Shown in pieces: positions 5,750-10,214 of a stretch of 10,214 nucleotides of DNA. The notes beneath the pieces were generated by a model. That model saw nothing but the letters and a program-made list of their open reading frames with translations. It was not told the origin of the DNA and made no database searches. The first letter of the stretch is position 1, and every line of letters starts with the position of its first letter. The stretch is taken from positions 1 through 10,214 of the forward strand of contig JBDRBN010000148.1 in the NCBI GenBank assembly GCA_043822785.1, read 5' to 3'. The translations under genes and the position numbers were made by a program. This stretch comes from Pseudomonadota bacterium. Lineage in GTDB: Bacteria; UBA10199; 2-02-FULL-44-16; JAAZCA01.

Positions 5750-8581
5750 TTACTGTGGCTTAAGTGGCGCATGAAAAGATGCCCTGCCACCTTCCATAGA
5801 AAACGATTTGCTCCAGGGTTTGTAGCCAGGCAACTCAATGGTGACCGTGTGATTTCGATCAGTTCTTACTTTACGAATGGTCACTGGCGTTCGCGCAGGA
5901 ATTGCTTGCCCATCAAAGATTACTTGAGCTGCCGGGGGCTCGCTTGAGAGACTCACCTCTCCATAGAGCTCGCCCAGATTGATGTTGGAGAGATCAGTCG
6001 TTTTTCCTGGCTTTACCGTAACGGTTCTGCTCACTCGCGCCAACCCCTCTTTGCTTATGAGCACTTTTGCCGTCCCTGGGCTAGCGCTAACTGTAATTGG
6101 AGTTTTCCCTTTGTATGCGTCGTTTACAAACACGTCAGCACCAGAAGGACTTGATGTGATCTTTATATTGCCTGGCTCTCCAGCCTCGACCGTAGGCTTT
6201 ACAATAGGCTCTTTGGGGATGACCTCGGTTGGAGGTTTAACAACAGGCTCTTCCACCTTGAGTAGGCTGAATGCCAAGGCATCTGATTCTTTATTGAGCG
6301 TGCGCTTGCGCGAAGAACTTTTATAGCCATTCTTGGACACACCAACCGAATATGTTGCTCCAAGCTTTAGATCCTTTAGTGTGGCTGGCGTGCGCTGACC
6401 TGTGGATTTTCCATTCAGTGTAATTTGTGCACCAGAGGGATTTGAAGTGATCTTAAGTTCTGCCATTTTTGGCGTTGGCTTTTCTTCGGCCGGCTTTTCC
6501 GCAGGTTTTTCTTCAGGTTTTTCCTCGGGAACTTCCGTTGTCGGTGGTTTCTCAACAATCGGTGGTTTCTCAACAATAGGTGCTGCTTCCTCACCAATGA
6601 GGTCTGCTTTTACAGGAATGGACTTGTTGGCAGGTACATCAAAGCTTTTGCTCCACTTGTCATATCCCTTCATCGTTAGCGTGACTTCATACTTCTTTGG
6701 AGCGAGGTTTGCTAACTGTGCAGGAGTGGTTCTGCCGGTATCGTTACCATCCAGCAAGACATTAGCTCCAGACGGAGTGGATTCCACCACCAGCGCACCC
6801 ATCTGGGGTTTGATGGGTGCAAGCGTTGTCGATATTTTTTGAGGCTTTGAGGTCGTGAGGTTTATTACCTGTTCGAAGTCCTCGTAATCGGGTTTTGATA
6901 GGGTGACGCGAAGATCTTTGTTGAGCTCAAGTTTTTCGATTGTAGCAGGCGTAATTTGACCAGTGAGTTTTCCATCTATCATTATAGACGCGCCTTGCGG
7001 ATCGGTGATGATGTTGAGCGCCCCTTTCATAGGTATAAGCGTTAGGGCAAGAGCCAATTGTTCGCCGGCCTTAATAATTACTGTGCCCTCTGTAGGAGAA
7101 AAATCTTCTTTTTCGAGTTTTACAACATAGGATTTTTCAGCATCGAGTTTTTCAATCACCGTAGGCGTGGTTTTACCTATATCCTCACCATCCAAGAACA
7201 CCTTTGCTCCTTCTGGGATGGACGTGATGTTTACGCTGCCTACTTGTATAGGAAGCACTTCTTCAGGTGCTCTTTCCCAGAACCGTACAGCTGGAACAAA
7301 GCGGTAGATGCCATACGATGCAGCTGCTAGCACGAGTAATGCTGCGATAGCATTTCGAAACGTTTTTTTCTTTGGCACTCTTTCAATGCGTTCTATAGCA
7401 GCAGGTAGGGGAGGCGCGGCACGCTCAGGCAATGCTTTCTTAATGGGCGGAGGTGCTGTGGGCTCTGCAGGCGTTACCATGGTTTCAAAAGCCGCTTCCT
7501 TGATCTTGCGAGCCTTATCGGTCTCTGCTTCGAGCGAGATCTCTTCATCTCTATGAACTATGCTTACCTGTTTGGCGCCTTCCTGCACGTTCATCGAGGC
7601 GGTCAGTCCTTCTTGGGCTGTTTCGCGGGCTTTTGAAACCTGTTCGTCTTTGATATCAGCAGCAAATTGCTCGCGTATGAAAGCAGCGAGTTTGCGTGGT
7701 GAAAAATCTACATGTTTGGAGTACAAATATTTGGTAAGTTCGATCTGTAAGTCACCCGCATGAGAATAGCGTTCATCCGGTTCATAAGACAAAGTTTTTA
7801 CTACAATGGGTTTGAGTTGCTCGGGCACAGAGGCGGGCAGCGAACCTATTCCGATCTTCGTAGTGCGTATTTTTTTAAGCACTTCGAACTGTGACTCGCC
7901 CGTAAACAGTTTAGTGCCAGTCAGCATCTCATAGAGAAGAATACCCGTGGAGAAGATATCGGTTCTGCTATCCACGGTCTTTCCCATGGCCTGCTCGGGC
8001 GACATGTATGCGATCTTGCCTTTGAGAATTCCGGCCAAGGTGTGAGAGATGTTCATAGCAGCCTTGGCAATGCCAAAGTCCACAATTTTGACTTCGCCCT
8101 CGTATGAGACGAGTATGTTCTGCGGGCTTATGTCGCGATGGACTATGCCCAGCGGTCTGTTCTCTGCGTCGGTTTTGCGATGCGCATAATCAAGGCCTTT
8201 GCAAATCTCAGAGGCGATGTACACCGCGATGTCCGGGGGCACGGGCATGCCCAACTCGCGACAGCTGTACATAACGTCGCGCAGGTTGACGCCATGAATG
8301 TACTCCATGGCAATGTAGTAGTCGTCGCCGACCTTACTGAGATCATATACCTGCACGATGTTAGCGTGCGAGAGCATGACCGACAGCTTGGCTTCGTCTA
8401 CGAGCATGGTGATGAAGTCTTTATCTGCAGAGCAGTGAGGCAGGATCCGCTTGATCACGAGCTCTTTTTCAAAGCCGTCCACGCCGTAGGTCTTGGCGCG
8501 ATATATTTCCGCCATACCTCCTACAGCGATGCGAGAGATGAGAAGGTATTTGCCAAATTGTTTTGGTTCAAAATCGCTCAT
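5750..8581 (-). CDS. Membrane Hanks-type Ser/Thr protein kinase with six C-terminal PEGA domains
   Basis: Kinase motifs IAVGGMAEIY, VIKRI, HRDISPQN, DFGIAK, YMSPEQ, DIFSTG; transmembrane segment AIAALLVLAAASYGIY after KKKTFR; six PEGA-type starts (ITSIPEGA, ITDPQGA, ESTPSGA, TSNPSGA, TSSPSGA, SSEPPAA); GGAG RBS. Confidence 0.95.
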   Translation of the reverse strand: MSDFEPKQFGKYLLISRIAVGGMAEIYRAKTYGVDGFEKELVIKRILPHCSADKDFITMLVDEAKLSVMLSHANIVQVYDLSKVGDDYYIAMEYIHGVNLRDVMYSCRELGMPVPPDIAVYIASEICKGLDYAHRKTDAENRPLGIVHRDISPQNILVSYEGEVKIVDFGIAKAAMNISHTLAGILKGKIAYMSPEQAMGKTVDSRTDIFSTGILLYEMLTGTKLFTGESQFEVLKKIRTTKIGIGSLPASVPEQLKPIVVKTLSYEPDERYSHAGDLQIELTKYLYSKHVDFSPRKLAAFIREQFAADIKDEQVSKARETAQEGLTASMNVQEGAKQVSIVHRDEEISLEAETDKARKIKEAAFETMVTPAEPTAPPPIKKALPERAAPPLPAAIERIERVPKKKTFRNAIAALLVLAAASYGIYRFVPAVRFWERAPEEVLPIQVGSVNITSIPEGAKVFLDGEDIGKTTPTVIEKLDAEKSYVVKLEKEDFSPTEGTVIIKAGEQLALALTLIPMKGALNIITDPQGASIMIDGKLTGQITPATIEKLELNKDLRVTLSKPDYEDFEQVINLTTSKPQKISTTLAPIKPQMGALVVESTPSGANVLLDGNDTGRTTPAQLANLAPKKYEVTLTMKGYDKWSKSFDVPANKSIPVKADLIGEEAAPIVEKPPIVEKPPTTEVPEEKPEEKPAEKPAEEKPTPKMAELKITSNPSGAQITLNGKSTGQRTPATLKDLKLGATYSVGVSKNGYKSSSRKRTLNKESDALAFSLLKVEEPVVKPPTEVIPKEPIVKPTVEAGEPGNIKITSSPSGADVFVNDAYKGKTPITVSASPGTAKVLISKEGLARVSRTVTVKPGKTTDLSNINLGELYGEVSLSSEPPAAQVIFDGQAIPARTPVTIRKVRTDRNHTVTIELPGYKPWSKSFSMEGGRASFHAPLKPQ
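6541..6576. repeat. Perfect 18-bp in-frame tandem duplication in the kinase's P/E/K-rich linker
   Basis: TCGGTGGTTTCTCAACAA x2, encoding IVEKPP twice; followed in the protein by EEKP/AEKP repeats. Confidence 0.9.
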
Positions 8582-8608
8582 GAAATCTCCGTTAGAGTGT
8601 CATTCACC

Positions 8609-9229
8609 TCATACCAATATAAAAATGGCTGCCATCACCACCATTGCGACTAGAAATGCATAAAGCAGGGCAAGCTCCCAGTGTGTTTTCCCCGCTTTAT
8701 CTTTAATGCCAATTTTCTGCAGAAGGGTGGGTTTGGCTTCCTTCTGTTCTGGTGCCTCTTTTTTGCTGGCTAGGTCTCTGCCAGGAAATTTACCGCTGTC
8801 TGCAGTCCTTTGGACTATGCCCATCTCCACCATAGGCCCTCTTGCCCACAGATCTAGAGGCACTTCCTGCCCAGGCGCTAGTTTCTTGAGCCTGATAAAA
8901 TCCTCAAGACGTGTAACAAGCATCAGAGCGCCGCGCGTCCACCTGCCATCCACCCAGCTCACATCCACCATCAGAGTGCCGATTCCGCTGTGAAGCGTAA
9001 CCGCTCTATAAAGGCAGCGGCTGATCTTATCTCTAGCTACCCGCAACGGTTTAATGGTCGTGTCGCGCCTGCCAAACTTCTCCCACTCTTTTTCTTCTAG
9101 CTGCTTTTTCTGCTCGCGCTCGGCATCCTCGCGAGGCTCACGCTGTTGGTGGCGATCTTCTTTTGTCTGCTTGGCTTCCCTTACGCTATAGGGAGGTGGT
9201 GCTTCTGGTCTGTCTATTTTTTCTATCAT
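8609..9229 (-). CDS. Hypothetical protein with a C-terminal transmembrane anchor
   Basis: 206-aa ORF co-directional with its neighbours (11- and 27-nt gaps); charged N-terminus, globular middle, ends in LALLYAFLVAMVVMAAIFILV. Confidence 0.75.
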   Translation of the reverse strand: MIEKIDRPEAPPPYSVREAKQTKEDRHQQREPREDAEREQKKQLEEKEWEKFGRRDTTIKPLRVARDKISRCLYRAVTLHSGIGTLMVDVSWVDGRWTRGALMLVTRLEDFIRLKKLAPGQEVPLDLWARGPMVEMGIVQRTADSGKFPGRDLASKKEAPEQKEAKPTLLQKIGIKDKAGKTHWELALLYAFLVAMVVMAAIFILV

Positions 9230-9240
9230 CTATGATTTGC

Positions 9241-9504
9241 CTATTTGCGCGTGGGACATTTTTCGCTACAAGAAGTGCATGGGCTGGTATCCGCGCTTTT
9301 CTTTTTTTCTTGTTTGGAATCTTTGTTCAAACCATAGCCATCTTTGTACCAACCACCGCCTTTGAGTAAGAAGCTTGTCTTGGATATGATCCTGTCTGCT
9401 GTACCTCCACACTTAGGGCATGGAGCAATAGGCGGCTCAGAAATCTTCTGCATACATTCAAACCGCTTTCCGCAGGATTTGCAGTTGTACTCGTATATGG
9501 GCAT
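9241..9504 (-). CDS. FmdB-family zinc-ribbon protein
   Basis: MPIYEYNCKSCG...CPKCGG...FLLKGGGWYKDGY signature, plus an extra C-terminal CTSCSEKC. Confidence 0.9.
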   Translation of the reverse strand: MPIYEYNCKSCGKRFECMQKISEPPIAPCPKCGGTADRIISKTSFLLKGGGWYKDGYGLNKDSKQEKKKSADTSPCTSCSEKCPTRK

Positions 9505-9568
9505 TGTTTTAAAAAGCGAGGAGCAAAATCCCCACTTTTGACTGTAGACTCAAGTCGCCATTTTAACG

Positions 9569-9582
9569 TATCTATATAGATA
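9569..9582. promoter_or_regulatory. Perfect 14-bp palindrome, possible operator
   Basis: TATCTATATAGATA, about 65 nt upstream of the zinc-ribbon start codon. Confidence 0.35.
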
Positions 9583-9596
9583 GTAAAGGATTTTGT

Positions 9597-9655
9597 CGCG
9601 TCCGCGTCCGCGCCCGCATCCGCTTCCGAAAAAAAACCGGACTCGGGCGCGGATG
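9597..9655. repeat. GC-rich 6-nt repeat array with inverted partner (hairpin)
   Basis: CGCGTC CGCGTC CGCGCC CGCATC CGCTTC (9597-9626), an A8 run, then CGGACT CGGGCG CGGATG; TCCGCGCCCG (9607-9616) is the exact reverse complement of CGGGCGCGGA (9644-9653). Confidence 0.75.
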
Positions 9656-9700
9656 GGGGAAAACCTAGCGTAATATCAGTGGGTTAAAAAGGTGCCAGGC

Positions 9701-9722
9701 ACAAAGCTGTTACAAAGCTGTT
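9701..9722. repeat. Perfect 11-bp direct tandem repeat
   Basis: ACAAAGCTGTT x2. Confidence 0.85.
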
Positions 9723-9766
9723 ATCGTGCCCGCGTCAAAAAAAATCGCGCATGGGATGGACGGCAT

Positions 9767-10066
9767 CTATAGCCTGAGAGCAGAATGAACTTCCAGCTGA
9801 CTTACTCCCTGAACAAACACGACCTTATTGCGGCCGGTCTGGCCGCTTAGGATTGAAATGCGGGATTTGGGGACCCTTAAGATTTTTGAGAGCAGTTTTA
9901 TTAATGCCTGGTTTGCCTTGCCCTCTGTTGGCGGCGCTGTAACGCTAACCAATAACACACCTTCCCGCTCACCCTTTATTTCTGTTCTCTTTGCACGAGG
10001 AGTAATGCGACATTCTATTGTAATGCCATTTATTTTTTCTTTGATGTTGAGCACGGCAAGCACCAA
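9767..10066 (-). CDS. DUF167 / UPF0235 (YggU-like) protein
   Basis: ITPRAKRTEI...LLVSVTAPPTEGKANQALIKLLSKILRVPKSRISILSGQTGRNKVV matches the family pattern. The start is uncertain (TTG 10066 or GTG 10054) and there is no clear RBS. Confidence 0.9.
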   Translation of the reverse strand: MVLAVLNIKEKINGITIECRITPRAKRTEIKGEREGVLLVSVTAPPTEGKANQALIKLLSKILRVPKSRISILSGQTGRNKVVFVQGVSQLEVHSALRL

Positions 10067-10127
10067 TAATCAGATCTAATTTCTAATATCCACTGCTGTC
10101 GCGTTAGAACTGCTTGTTTTTTATGGA

Positions 10128-10213
10128 TGTCATTGCGAGCAAAGCGAAGCAATCCCCTTATAACCTGTGTTTGCGGGAGATTGCTTCGTCGCTAAACGCT
10201 CCTCGCAATGACA
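10128..10213. repeat. REP/RPE-like palindromic element, copy 2
   Basis: TGTCATTGCGAG (10128-10139) / CTCGCAATGACA (10202-10213); inner CGAAGCAATC (10145-10154) / GATTGCTTCG (10179-10188). Same stems and orientation as 3051-3128, with different loops. Confidence 0.9.
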
Positions 10214-10214
10214 C

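Noticed and set aside
774..10079. Other short antisense or alternate-frame ORFs in the track (e.g. 774..1067, 1748..2170, 4905..5270, 6402..6842, 8138..8653, 9828..10079)
   Set aside because: They overlap well-supported genes and show no recognisable motifs; treated as shadow ORFs.

Overview
About 10.2 kb of bacterial DNA (roughly 48% GC, estimated by eye) with two convergent gene blocks. Left block (+ strand): a 5'-truncated helical protein with an EF-hand loop (open from base 1, not 205), a SycD/LcrH-type TPR chaperone, a second helical protein, and a second SycD/LcrH-type chaperone. The two helical proteins share a distantly related ~150-aa C-terminal domain, so this looks like a duplicated substrate/chaperone cassette of an atypical type III secretion system; no T3SS core genes are in the window. 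Right block (- strand): DUF167/YggU, an FmdB-type zinc ribbon, a tail-anchored hypothetical protein, a membrane Ser/Thr kinase with six PEGA domains, and an FHA-domain sigma-54 enhancer-binding protein. This gene content resembles myxobacteria and related delta-lineages (inference). The 644-bp gap between the blocks can fold into a ~590-nt nested multi-arm structure that I cannot assign to a known RNA family. Two REP/RPE-like palindromes and several short-period (6, 7, 9, 11 nt) repeats occupy the other spacers.
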